Source: Candidatus Moanibacter sp.
GTDB lineage: Bacteria > Verrucomicrobiota > Verrucomicrobiia > Opitutales > UBA2987
Direction of reading: 5' to 3'
Length of the DNA stretch: 64,000 nucleotides
NCBI GenBank assembly: GCA_965215885.1
Contig: CBDCEW010000038.1
Span: forward strand, 1 to 64,000
Part shown: positions 40,544 through 49,670 of the stretch, piece after piece
How the letters are laid out: each line of letters opens with the position of its first letter
Numbering within the stretch: the first letter of the stretch is position 1
Notes under the pieces: generated by a model
The model's input: the letters and a program-made list of their open reading frames with translations, nothing else
Told to the model about the DNA's origin: nothing
The model's database searches: none
Translations under genes and position numbers: made by a program

Positions 40544-40798
40544 ACCTGCAGGGGGTCGAAGCAGTTGAGACGTAATTACTAAGGGAGACACCTCGCGCAC
40601 TGCATATCGGGACGACATCGCACTCCTTCTCTTGCCAGAGATTCGGGACGACTTGATAAAGCTCAGAGATGGGGTATCTTGCCATTAGCAGCTTACGACT
40701 TGCCATTCTTCTCAACTTCAAATACGCCAAACTTGATTGGAAACGTCTCGTACGCTGAATGACCCGTGTTTCGGTTTCCCTAATAGAAATCTTCTGCC

Positions 40799-42418
40799 AT
40801 GAATACTCACGAAATCCCGAACCTCTCTGTTACACCACATGAGGTGTTTTCAAATGATTTGAAGACGCAGGAAAGAGAGTTAAAAAATAGCCCGCTTATG
40901 AAGCGGTTTGCAGAATCACGTTTAAAACAGGCAGGCGACCCCTATCGTCCAATTTATCATTTTGTGAGTCCTGAAAGTATGCTCAATGACCCAAATGGTC
41001 TTTGTTATTTTCAAGGGAAATGGCACATGTTTTATCAAGCATATCCGCCTGACGAATTCCCAAAGCCCACAAAGTCTGATATTATGAAAAGAAGAGCACA
41101 CTGGGGACATGCCATTAGTGATGATTTAATTCACTGGCGTGATTTACCGTATGCCATTTATCCGGGACCGGAAAAAATGTGTTATTCGGGAGGGACATTA
41201 GTTGAAGGTGACACAGTTTATGCTTTCTACCCGGGAATTGACGCAGGTCAAATGTTAGCAATGTCTAGCGATCCCTTGTTGTTAAATTGGGAAAAGGTGA
41301 CCGGAAAGCCAATAAACAGTCCTCGAGGAGATTCATTTATTTGGAAAGACGGTAATTCTTATTATGCTCTATTAGGAAATTCCCGCTTAATAGAATCAAA
41401 AAATCTTGTAGATTGGAAATCGCATGGAGAGATTCTTGAATTGCCTTCAAATGAAAAGTATTCGTTATCTCTCATCCGCAAAACTCCAAATCCCCTCTTG
41501 TACAGTATGATGAGAGATAACGTCTCTTGTCCTTATTTCTGGCCTATTGGAGCCAAACATATGTTTCTGTTTTTTAGTCATGAAAACGGAGGACAATACT
41601 ATCTCGGAGATTATGATAAAAGTCGTAAAAAATTCAAGCCATACATACTTGGAAGATTCAATCATGGAAAAGCGAAGCCGGGAGGAGTTCATGCGCCATC
41701 AGCCTATCCTGACCCAAATAATCAAGGCGAATTGGTCAATATTTTCAACATTAACAGTGGTATTCCTGCAGTGAATTGGAATCAAATCATGTCTATCCCG
41801 CACCATTATGCATTAAATGATGATAAAACACTGAATATTCGACCGGTAAAAGCGGTAGAATCGTTAAGAACCAACCATCGACATGTTGGCGAAACAGAAA
41901 TGAAGGCAAATGAAGAGCTGGTTTTCGAATCTATTCAGGGTAAATCGATGGAACTGAGTTTTGAAATAGATCAAGCTGATGCACGCGCCATACAAATTAG
42001 CGTATTCCGATCACCCAATGCTGAAGAGAAAACAACGATTACTTTTTACAATAGGGCGCTTAGCACGTCCTCAGTCTCCTCGATCTGGCATCCTACGGAT
42101 GGTCAATTAGTGTTAGATGTTACAGATTCTACTACCTCTTCAGATGTATGGCTTCGACCACCGGAAAAAGCAATGTTGCCTTTGAGTTCAATAGAAGACT
42201 CGGGACAAGAAGTTGGTCCTTACGAAAATTTGAAGTTGAGAATTTTTATTGATAAGAGTGTGGCAGAAATTTTTGCAAATGAAAAATTATTTATGGCAGG
42301 AAGGGTATATCCTGCGCTGGAAAACAGCACTGGGGTTTCGATAAAAGCTACAGGCCGTGATGCCGTTCTGAAATCGCTTGAGGCTTGGGATATGAAACCT
42401 ATTATGCCAACCAACTAG
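40799..42418 (+). CDS. Glycoside hydrolase family 32-like protein (low GC)
   Basis: RPIYHF, MLNDPNG, WHMFYQ, HWGHAISDDLIHW, CYSG, LRIFIDKSVAEIFAN. Confidence 0.85.
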   Translation: MNTHEIPNLSVTPHEVFSNDLKTQERELKNSPLMKRFAESRLKQAGDPYRPIYHFVSPESMLNDPNGLCYFQGKWHMFYQAYPPDEFPKPTKSDIMKRRAHWGHAISDDLIHWRDLPYAIYPGPEKMCYSGGTLVEGDTVYAFYPGIDAGQMLAMSSDPLLLNWEKVTGKPINSPRGDSFIWKDGNSYYALLGNSRLIESKNLVDWKSHGEILELPSNEKYSLSLIRKTPNPLLYSMMRDNVSCPYFWPIGAKHMFLFFSHENGGQYYLGDYDKSRKKFKPYILGRFNHGKAKPGGVHAPSAYPDPNNQGELVNIFNINSGIPAVNWNQIMSIPHHYALNDDKTLNIRPVKAVESLRTNHRHVGETEMKANEELVFESIQGKSMELSFEIDQADARAIQISVFRSPNAEEKTTITFYNRALSTSSVSSIWHPTDGQLVLDVTDSTTSSDVWLRPPEKAMLPLSSIEDSGQEVGPYENLKLRIFIDKSVAEIFANEKLFMAGRVYPALENSTGVSIKATGRDAVLKSLEAWDMKPIMPTN

Positions 42419-42683
42419 AAGCGGACAATTCTGTATTCGTTTTTTGCTCCTTTGGGCACTGCCCTCCGTGGTTTCTCCTCCACCCACAGGTTGATATTGT
42501 TGCGGTTTTCCTGCGCCGCCGAGTTCGATTTTTACTGGATCTTGAAGGATTAGGTTGGAGGATATCGCTCTTGAAATCGGTTCATGTCCAAGATTTAGAA
42601 GCGTTAATAAATCTTGCTTAGGCCAACACACTGCACTAGCAAGGTGGGTCGAATCCTTCCATTTAAATCCGTTCGAGACTGTG

Positions 42684-44693
42684 ATGAAGACTAAATTGAT
42701 AAGCATTCCCATTCGGCTCATATTAATGGCACTGGGTGGTCTCCTGAGCTTCGTCTCAGCAGTCCACGCTCAACTGGCAGGCGACGATAACTTCCTCGGC
42801 AATGTCGATCCTGAGAAATGGACCTGTAATCCCATCGTTGACGGTATTACCTGCCCGGAAAGCACGCCCGAGGACGAACGCGACATCATTATCGGGAACG
42901 GGCAGCTTTTTCAGAATGTGGGGCGCGCCATTTACCTGACCGGCGATCCACCGGGCGTTCCCGAACCTGAAGACGCCTTGATCCGGATTTGGCGCCCGAA
43001 TGTCGCGCCTGCCAACCAGAGCTTCTCGGTGAAAATAAACGTCAACATGGCGTTGGACCTTATCACCCGTTACCCGGATCAAGGCGATCACCACTACGCC
43101 GGACTTGGCATTTTCAAGACTTCGACCATCGATCGGTCCGCTTCCGGCTTTGCCAAAGTTCCCGATCGTATTGTCTTTGCCATCCGCCGTGAGAATTCAG
43201 GCGGAATCAATAATTTCATGCGCCTTTTCGGACATGAGGGCAATGGGCCCGAATTCGTCGCTTCGAATATTGAAATCGGCGCGACGCGAGCGCGATTCGA
43301 CATCATTATCGACTATGATGCGTCTTCCCAGACCTTCACGGCGCGCTTCCAGGAGTTTCTCACTCCGCCCGGCCCGCTGGAGGAAGGGGGCTCGATCAGC
43401 CTCGGTGCGGGTGGACATCTCGATTGGGGGCTGACAAACGAAGACACGTTTACGATTGGGATGATCCCCGCAGCCATTGGAGAGGTATTCATCGATGGCG
43501 AAGACCAGCGAACCTTTTATGACAACTTCGAGGGGGAAACGACGGGTGAGCCGATCGACATCGGCGGCGGGCCGCAGAACCAAACCATATCCTTTGCCCA
43601 GCTCGGGAATACCACTTATGGGCTGGACAGGATTTTCCTCAGTGGGACGGCTTCGAGCGGCTTGCCGGTGACGTTTGCGTTAGTGTCCGGTCCGGGATTG
43701 ATTAATCCGGACAACTCCCTCAGCACAACCGGTCCGGGTACGGTAACGGTGAGGGCTTCGCAGGCGGGCAATGCAGCGTTTAATGCGGCACCGGATGTGG
43801 ACCGGAGCTTCACCGTCACCCAGCCGAGCACGGGAGCGTCTTCGTTGCTGGATGCGGGCAGCGCGAAGCTTGTCAACGACGGCACTTTTTTTGACGGAAA
43901 CACCTATAACGGCTTTGAACTGGCCGGGGATCACGGTACGTTCAGCTCGATCGCGGGAGAGATTACCCGTATCTCATTTCTCGATCGGGACGGGGATCTG
44001 ATGTTTGCAGAGTTTGGGAGCGACGATCCGAACACGGTGTTGATCATCACGTTCGAGGAGTTCATGAGCGCGTCGGCCGCTTCACCGTATATTCAGTCCA
44101 CGACGGTCTACGCCCAGGGTCATCCCAGTTTCGAGATTCAGAATTCAACACCATTGACGTTTGTCTCCTTTTTCAGCTTGGGAAACGATGTCCTGCGGGT
44201 CGACGGGTCATTAATCAAGAGCGATACTTTCGATGATGACGTCAATGGGGTGGCGGAAATCCAGTCACTCACTATCAGCGACGGATCGACCGCCATCGGC
44301 GGCATCAATTCGGCTAATGCAAATTTTATCGGTTCCGCCGGTGTTATCGGCGTTGATGCGCCTGATGTGTCGGTGGGAGTATTTCTCTTCGTGGGAGATA
44401 TCACTCCCTCCGCCACTGCCATGCCCATGCTTCGCATAAGCCCGGATTCCGCGATTTCCGAAATCTTAATCAACGGCGGCGATCTCGCGGAAGCGATCGG
44501 TAATCTCCAGATCGACACTAACGCTGTGGTTTATTCGTTCCCGATCATGGCGACAGGCGGCCAAAGATCGATCAGCGATTCTCCCTTGCGTACGGATCTC
44601 GGTGACGGAAGTCTTCCGCCCGTTACCAACACCTTTGTGGCGAATCCGGATGATTTCTTCGTCACCGACGGGCAGACTGTGATCGGGCCTTAG
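42684..44693 (+). CDS. Secreted multidomain protein with an Ig-like module and an Opitutae-type C-terminal domain
   Basis: Signal peptide ending VHA; QTISF...ASSGLPVTF...ASQAGN..FNAAPDV Ig-like module; C-terminal ITRISFLD.DGD..AEF, GH, GGI..ANANF, VGDI. Confidence 0.7.
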   Translation: MKTKLISIPIRLILMALGGLLSFVSAVHAQLAGDDNFLGNVDPEKWTCNPIVDGITCPESTPEDERDIIIGNGQLFQNVGRAIYLTGDPPGVPEPEDALIRIWRPNVAPANQSFSVKINVNMALDLITRYPDQGDHHYAGLGIFKTSTIDRSASGFAKVPDRIVFAIRRENSGGINNFMRLFGHEGNGPEFVASNIEIGATRARFDIIIDYDASSQTFTARFQEFLTPPGPLEEGGSISLGAGGHLDWGLTNEDTFTIGMIPAAIGEVFIDGEDQRTFYDNFEGETTGEPIDIGGGPQNQTISFAQLGNTTYGLDRIFLSGTASSGLPVTFALVSGPGLINPDNSLSTTGPGTVTVRASQAGNAAFNAAPDVDRSFTVTQPSTGASSLLDAGSAKLVNDGTFFDGNTYNGFELAGDHGTFSSIAGEITRISFLDRDGDLMFAEFGSDDPNTVLIITFEEFMSASAASPYIQSTTVYAQGHPSFEIQNSTPLTFVSFFSLGNDVLRVDGSLIKSDTFDDDVNGVAEIQSLTISDGSTAIGGINSANANFIGSAGVIGVDAPDVSVGVFLFVGDITPSATAMPMLRISPDSAISEILINGGDLAEAIGNLQIDTNAVVYSFPIMATGGQRSISDSPLRTDLGDGSLPPVTNTFVANPDDFFVTDGQTVIGP

Positions 44694-44820
44694 TCGTTGT
44701 CGGCGGGGGCGCCGGTTTCTGTTGCTACATTCGTAGCTGCCTACTTTCCGCCCCCTGGCAGGCGCTCGACGACGCGAGCGCCTGATTGGCTGATCGTGAC
44801 CGCAAATGTCCTAGCGAATT

Positions 44821-45675
44821 TCACATTTCACCCTTTATCCACTCTGATCCTTGCGCTTCCAGCAGGTCTCGGATATTCCTTTCCAGTCGTCCAGGCACGG
44901 TGCTGGCACCGACTGCCCCAGTACCCCCATCAGCGACTAAGTTATGTCCGGTGATCGCCGATGATTCATCGGATGCAAGAAAGAGCATGGCATCAGCCAC
45001 CTGCTCCGGACGCGTGGGACTGCCCATGGGATAGACAAATTTCTGTCTTCTGACCTCCGCCGGATTATTCTTGAGCATTTCGAGTTTTTTCTCAGTAAGC
45101 ATCCGGGCCGGAGTGAGCGCATTGGCCCGGATCCCATGGGGGCCATAGGTAACAGCCAGACACATGGTGAAATTGATCAAGCCCGCCTTGGCCGGGCCAT
45201 ACGATGAAATACCGGAACTTCCAAACAGGGCGTTTCCGGACGAGACATTAATAATGCTCCCACCCCCCTGTTTGATCATAGAAGGAACCACCTCCTTACA
45301 GAACAAGAGGGGCGCTGTCATATGGCAAAATATCCCTTCTTCCCAGTCTTTCAGCGTAACTTTCTCCAACAGCCCGCGAGGGTTATCGATGATGGCATTA
45401 TTGACCATAACATCAACTCGCCCATATCGCTCCAAGGTGAATTGAGCCAGGGCGGTGATGTCCTCTTTTTTCATAACATCACACTTTTTATAGGCGATTT
45501 CGCCGCTGAGACCTTCGGCCTCTTTGAGCACCTTCTGGGCATTCTCCGGGGTTCTGCCCCGGTCACAGATGACAACGGAAGCTCCCTCCTTGGCGAACAG
45601 CAATGCTCCTGCCTTTCCAAGTCCTAAGGTTGCACCAGTTATGATGGCTACTTTACCTGCTAATCTCGTTCCCAT
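44821..45675 (-). CDS. SDR-family oxidoreductase
   Basis: TGATLGLG, VNNA, YGPAK, GIRANAL, ITGHNLVADGG. Confidence 0.9.
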   Translation of the reverse strand: MGTRLAGKVAIITGATLGLGKAGALLFAKEGASVVICDRGRTPENAQKVLKEAEGLSGEIAYKKCDVMKKEDITALAQFTLERYGRVDVMVNNAIIDNPRGLLEKVTLKDWEEGIFCHMTAPLLFCKEVVPSMIKQGGGSIINVSSGNALFGSSGISSYGPAKAGLINFTMCLAVTYGPHGIRANALTPARMLTEKKLEMLKNNPAEVRRQKFVYPMGSPTRPEQVADAMLFLASDESSAITGHNLVADGGTGAVGASTVPGRLERNIRDLLEAQGSEWIKGEM

Positions 45676-45820
45676 GAGTTTCTCCTTGTGTTAACCCTAT
45701 CGTTTCAAAATCCACCGCGAATTGCACGATTTCATCAAATTGGTTACAGATCAATCGTAAACGACCGGTGAACTGCCCTATGGATCGCGGCATGCGCGAG
45801 GATCCTGGCAGTGTCCGGGT

Positions 45821-47323
45821 TCAAGAGGCTGCGAGCGGTTCGCCTGTTCGGGTCGGCTTCCAATTCGCCGGAGCGAGTTCGGCGATCTCGGTGATGTTCA
45901 TGTCCGGCAATCTTTTGAGGACGTCAGTGAGGTAAGCGGATGGTTCAATTGCGTGCCGCCGGCAACTCTCAATGATCGAGTAAATTACGGCGCTTCTCCA
46001 ACCGGCCTTGGGGTGGCCGATGAACATCCAGTTTTTCTTTCCCAGGGCGGTCGGCCGGATAGCATTCTCAATGAGGTTATTGTCGATTTCAACCTTGCCA
46101 TGCTCGAGGTAGCGCTTGAGTGATTCCCACTGGTTCAGAGCATACTCAACGGCTTCACCCATTTTGCTCCGCGGCAAGGCCCGCCGTTTGAGTATAGGCA
46201 AGGCTTTGCCCAAGCGTTCCACGATCATCCGACCATGGCTTTTCCGGTAGGCTTCGCGCAAGGCGGGACCGGCCCGCTGTTCGCGCAGAGGGCGCTCGTC
46301 TCTGTAGAGATTGTGGATCTGCCGCACCACCCAGCCGGCCAGCTTCGGATTCTCATCCATCGCCTCCACAAATTTGCGTCGCAGGTGTGCCCAGCACCCA
46401 AACAGGGTAATCCCGTTATGCTCCCGGGCGAAACTGCCATAGGCTGCGTAACCGTCGGTTTGGAGCAACCCTTCGTATCCGTTGAGGAACTGCTCGAGAC
46501 ATTTTACCCCACGGCCTGTGTGCCAGTCGTAGAGCACCTCGCCGCCGGGTCGCCCGTAGACCCCCAGGTATCCTTTCCTGCAGCCCTCTTTCTTGCCTGC
46601 GTCCGGATCCAGGTAGCGGATGGGCGTTTCGTCCGCCTGGATGTAACCGCCCTCGAACAATTGTAAGCACATGTAGTTGTAGATGGGTTTTAGCCATTGC
46701 GCTACCTGGTGGATCCAATCGAGCATGCTCTGGCGCGCCACCCTTACTCCGTAGCGTTCCCGGAAAATCTTCTCCTGCCGATACAACGGCAGGTGATCGA
46801 CGTATTTGCTCAGTAATATGTGCACCAAAAGCCCCACTCCAGGGATCCCTTTTTCAATCAGCCGCGATGGTAATGGCGCCAGCACGGGAGGTTCCTGGGG
46901 CTTTTCGCGAGATACATATTTGCGCCGTATATAGCGCCGCCTGATAAATCGGGCCGGGAGCAAATCTAACTCTTCAGTGACTTCCTCACCGATCAACCGC
47001 CACTTTTGCGGTTCAACCTTCACCGCTTCGGGTTCGATTACGATCTCTTCGACTTCCAGGTGCTCGGGCAGACGCTGTCGCCTCGCCCCAGCTCCTTTGC
47101 GCGCCTTCGGCTCGGGTGGTGGCTCTGCCGTTTGCTCAGCGGGTTTGTTTTCCTCGGCCTGCTCCAGCCCGGCCAGGAGCAATTCCAGCTGTCCCGGATC
47201 GATCCGCTCGCTTTGGTTGCCTCCAAAGTAGCGCTTAATGAGCCAGCCGATCTTCTGACGTAAAAGCCGATTCTCCTCTCGGAGTTGCTCCAGCTCTGTT
47301 TGCAAAACCTCGACTTCAGGCAT
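45821..47323 (-). CDS. tnpC: IS66 transposase TnpC
   Basis: KYVDHLPLYRQ, ADETP, TDGYAAY, CWAHLRRKF, IDNNLIENAIR. Confidence 0.95.
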   Translation of the reverse strand: MPEVEVLQTELEQLREENRLLRQKIGWLIKRYFGGNQSERIDPGQLELLLAGLEQAEENKPAEQTAEPPPEPKARKGAGARRQRLPEHLEVEEIVIEPEAVKVEPQKWRLIGEEVTEELDLLPARFIRRRYIRRKYVSREKPQEPPVLAPLPSRLIEKGIPGVGLLVHILLSKYVDHLPLYRQEKIFRERYGVRVARQSMLDWIHQVAQWLKPIYNYMCLQLFEGGYIQADETPIRYLDPDAGKKEGCRKGYLGVYGRPGGEVLYDWHTGRGVKCLEQFLNGYEGLLQTDGYAAYGSFAREHNGITLFGCWAHLRRKFVEAMDENPKLAGWVVRQIHNLYRDERPLREQRAGPALREAYRKSHGRMIVERLGKALPILKRRALPRSKMGEAVEYALNQWESLKRYLEHGKVEIDNNLIENAIRPTALGKKNWMFIGHPKAGWRSAVIYSIIESCRRHAIEPSAYLTDVLKRLPDMNITEIAELAPANWKPTRTGEPLAAS

Positions 47324-47391
47324 GAAAACAATACTAAACTAACGGTAATAAGAAAAGCACTACTTTTTTCAAAAAAATCACTTTTTTTGAC

Positions 47392-47742
47392 CTAACGCTG
47401 ATACCAGGGCCGCATCTTCCCCTCCCTCAGGTCGATCCCGTTCAAGAGCATGCTCAACGCTTCAGGGCGCAATGGAAGCTTCTGATCTTTCAAGTCCACT
47501 CCCTGCGGCCAGCTGAACCGACCCTTCTCTAATCGCTTTGCGAAAACCCATAACCCCGTGCCGTCCCAATACAGAATCTTGACCCGGTCCCGGCTGCGAT
47601 TGCAGAAGACAAAGTCCGCTCCGCTCAACGGGTCTTCCTTGAGCTGATTGGCCGCCAGGGCGTAGAGACCATTAAAGCTCTTTCGCAGATCCGTTACTCC
47701 CACGGCCAGGAAAACCTTCATCGTTCCCGGTAAGCTCAGCAT
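47392..47742 (-). CDS. tnpB: IS66 accessory protein TnpB
   Basis: TDLRKSFNGL, VKILYWDGTG, KRLEKGRF.WP. Confidence 0.93.
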   Translation of the reverse strand: MLSLPGTMKVFLAVGVTDLRKSFNGLYALAANQLKEDPLSGADFVFCNRSRDRVKILYWDGTGLWVFAKRLEKGRFSWPQGVDLKDQKLPLRPEALSMLLNGIDLREGKMRPWYQR

Positions 47743-48101
47743 CCCGATTCCCTCAACGCCTTCACCAGACTCGCCACTTGTTCCACCGCAACACCGCAGT
47801 CCACCTCCACCCGTATCGGGTCCCCTAAGACGATCTCGATCCGATCCTCCGTGACCGCGCTGCTCTGCACCGTAACTTCGGCAAACCGCGCCCCCGCCGA
47901 TTTTACCCCGCTGCTTCTGTGCCCGGCCCGGTCCTTGCGCAGCCATCCCATAAAGGTCATATACTTGATACCGTGCCGCTGGGCAAACGCCCTCTGCGTC
48001 TGATTGCTGCGACGGTATGCGCTTATCAGTCGCCTGCGCTCCTGCCGACTTCGTCGAACGATTCGCTTCGACCGTGTCCGCCCTCTCGTTTTTTCTCCCA
48101 T
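47736..48101 (-). CDS. tnpA: IS66 accessory protein TnpA (HTH)
   Basis: S.QTQRAFAQRHGI...W.RK, FAEV; first ORF of the IS66. Confidence 0.85.
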   Translation of the reverse strand: MGEKTRGRTRSKRIVRRSRQERRRLISAYRRSNQTQRAFAQRHGIKYMTFMGWLRKDRAGHRSSGVKSAGARFAEVTVQSSAVTEDRIEIVLGDPIRVEVDCGVAVEQVASLVKALRESGC

Positions 48102-48162
48102 CCCATAATCATATCACGGTCGGCATCTTTGCGCTACAAGGTCGTTGCCCGGTCGCTTACGA

Positions 48163-49530
48163 TCAATCGGTGAAAGAGAACGAATAGAGCGTCGCCTCTC
48201 CCAGTTCGAAGATCAGCTGAACTTCCTGGCCCACCAGCGCCGACAGATCCTGTCCATCGCGCCAATGCACCGGGGCATCGGTCCCATCCGTTTGAATCGG
48301 TGTGCAATCGGCGAGGCTCATGGCATCGACATCCGCCACCGCCGCTCTGACCACGCCGCCATCTGCATCTGCACTAAGGCAGAGTTGACGCCCGGTGCAG
48401 TTCACGGGCTGCGTGACCAGCGTAGCGGTTTGAGTCTTGTTGGCCGGCGTTACCCCGGCAAACCCATCCGGTCGCAAAGTTGCCAGACCAAGAAAACCGG
48501 CCCGCCAGTCGGTGTGGCGGCCATTGCTGCCGCCGTAATAGGCCTGCAATCTCCCGTCCTTGAGAAACGGATAAGCCGCCCCGTAGACACAGCCCCAGTC
48601 AAAACTGCCATCCGGCCCGCGCGGGATCAACGGTGTTCCCGGGCAGACTCGCTCCCACTGCACGGTATCGCTACTCCAGGCCAATTCGCAATCAACGAGG
48701 TCTGTCTCGGTATTGAACATCATCAACAGGCCCAGATATAAGTTAGCGTAGGGGAAGGCGATGAGGGTATAGGTCTGGCGCTCCGGCTCCTCCGGTAGGG
48801 CGCGCAGAACCTCGACAGCTTGAGTCCAGGTGTTGAAGTCCTGGCTCTCAGTGCGACCGACGATCCGCTCTCCGTCAGGGAAACCGCCGTCCCACAGACG
48901 CGTCATGCCTACATACTTGCCATGCCGTTCATCCCAGAACAGATTGTTGTGGGTGTCCCATTTGGATTTAATCTCCGGACAGTCCTGGAGTTCGGACCAA
49001 TGCAGTCCATCCGGCGAACTCGCAACTCCGCCTTTCAGGAACGCCTTAAACTTTCCCGACCGGTCCGGATCGTGGCGGTCCAGGGTTACCCCGGCACCGA
49101 GAGCATTGCGCATGACCAGATTATTCTGCGCGGAGCCCTGGAACTCGATTAACCCCAACTCGGGCTTTGTCCACTCAATACCATCGGATGAAATCGCATA
49201 GCAGACGCCCATTTCTCGCCAATCTTTGATCTGACGTTCGGCCTTAGCTTTATCAAGCGCTGCCCGGTAGGTACCGCCCTCCCGCTGTTCAGGCGGGTAA
49301 TCAGTAGTGGGTAGATCAATGATGAAAGGGTTGTATCAGCACTTATAGAGGCCGTCCTCCGGATCGAAGATTACATTTGCATACAGGTTGTCGAAACGAA
49401 CCTCCCAGGGAAGCTCCTCACCAAACAGTGGATTTTCCGCTGCCTTGCGAACCAGCCCCGGAATCACCTCCAAATTATCACCTCTCGCCCAGAGCGACCT
49501 GTCCAGCATCAGGTATTTGCTGTTGCTCAT
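48163..49530 (-). pseudogene. Beta-propeller glycoside hydrolase-like gene with an in-frame TGA at 49336-49338
   Basis: ORFs 49336-49530 and 48163-49212 are in frame; LYKC*YNP corresponds to LRMWY in paralog 39152-40543. Confidence 0.8.
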
Positions 49531-49580
49531 AGGGAATTGTTTCCCGTTGTCCAAAAATTGGGGAGGCGCTCGCCTTGCGC

Positions 49581-49618
49581 AAAAAAGAAAGCCCGGACGG
49601 GGAACCATCCGGGCCTTC
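49581..49618 (-). terminator. Rho-independent terminator downstream of the TonB-dependent receptor
   Basis: On the minus strand: gcccgga-tggttccccg-tccgggc followed by tttctttttt. Confidence 0.75.
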
Positions 49619-49670
49619 TCAATTCAATTGATGAGCAATCGATACGCCGTCTTCTCAATTCACAAACGAC

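Larger units (their letters stand above)
45757..48160 (-). mobile_element. IS66-family insertion sequence
   Basis: GTAA...TTAC ends (gtaaacgaccgg / ccggtcgcttac); perfect 8-bp TSD GATCAATC; three-ORF layout. Confidence 0.95.

Noticed and set aside
40560..40730. Aldo/keto reductase remnant on the minus strand (NLWQEKECDVVPICSARGVSL)
   Set aside because: Similarity is short and weak and cannot be supported without a search
47392..47742. RNA-guided TnpB nuclease
   Set aside because: This is the small IS66 accessory TnpB, unrelated to IS200/IS605 TnpB; no RuvC motifs
49336..49338. TGA recoding (selenocysteine or genetic code 4/25)
   Set aside because: The position corresponds to Trp in the paralog (MWY), so a TGG>TGA mutation or sequencing error is simpler; other genes here end normally at TGA
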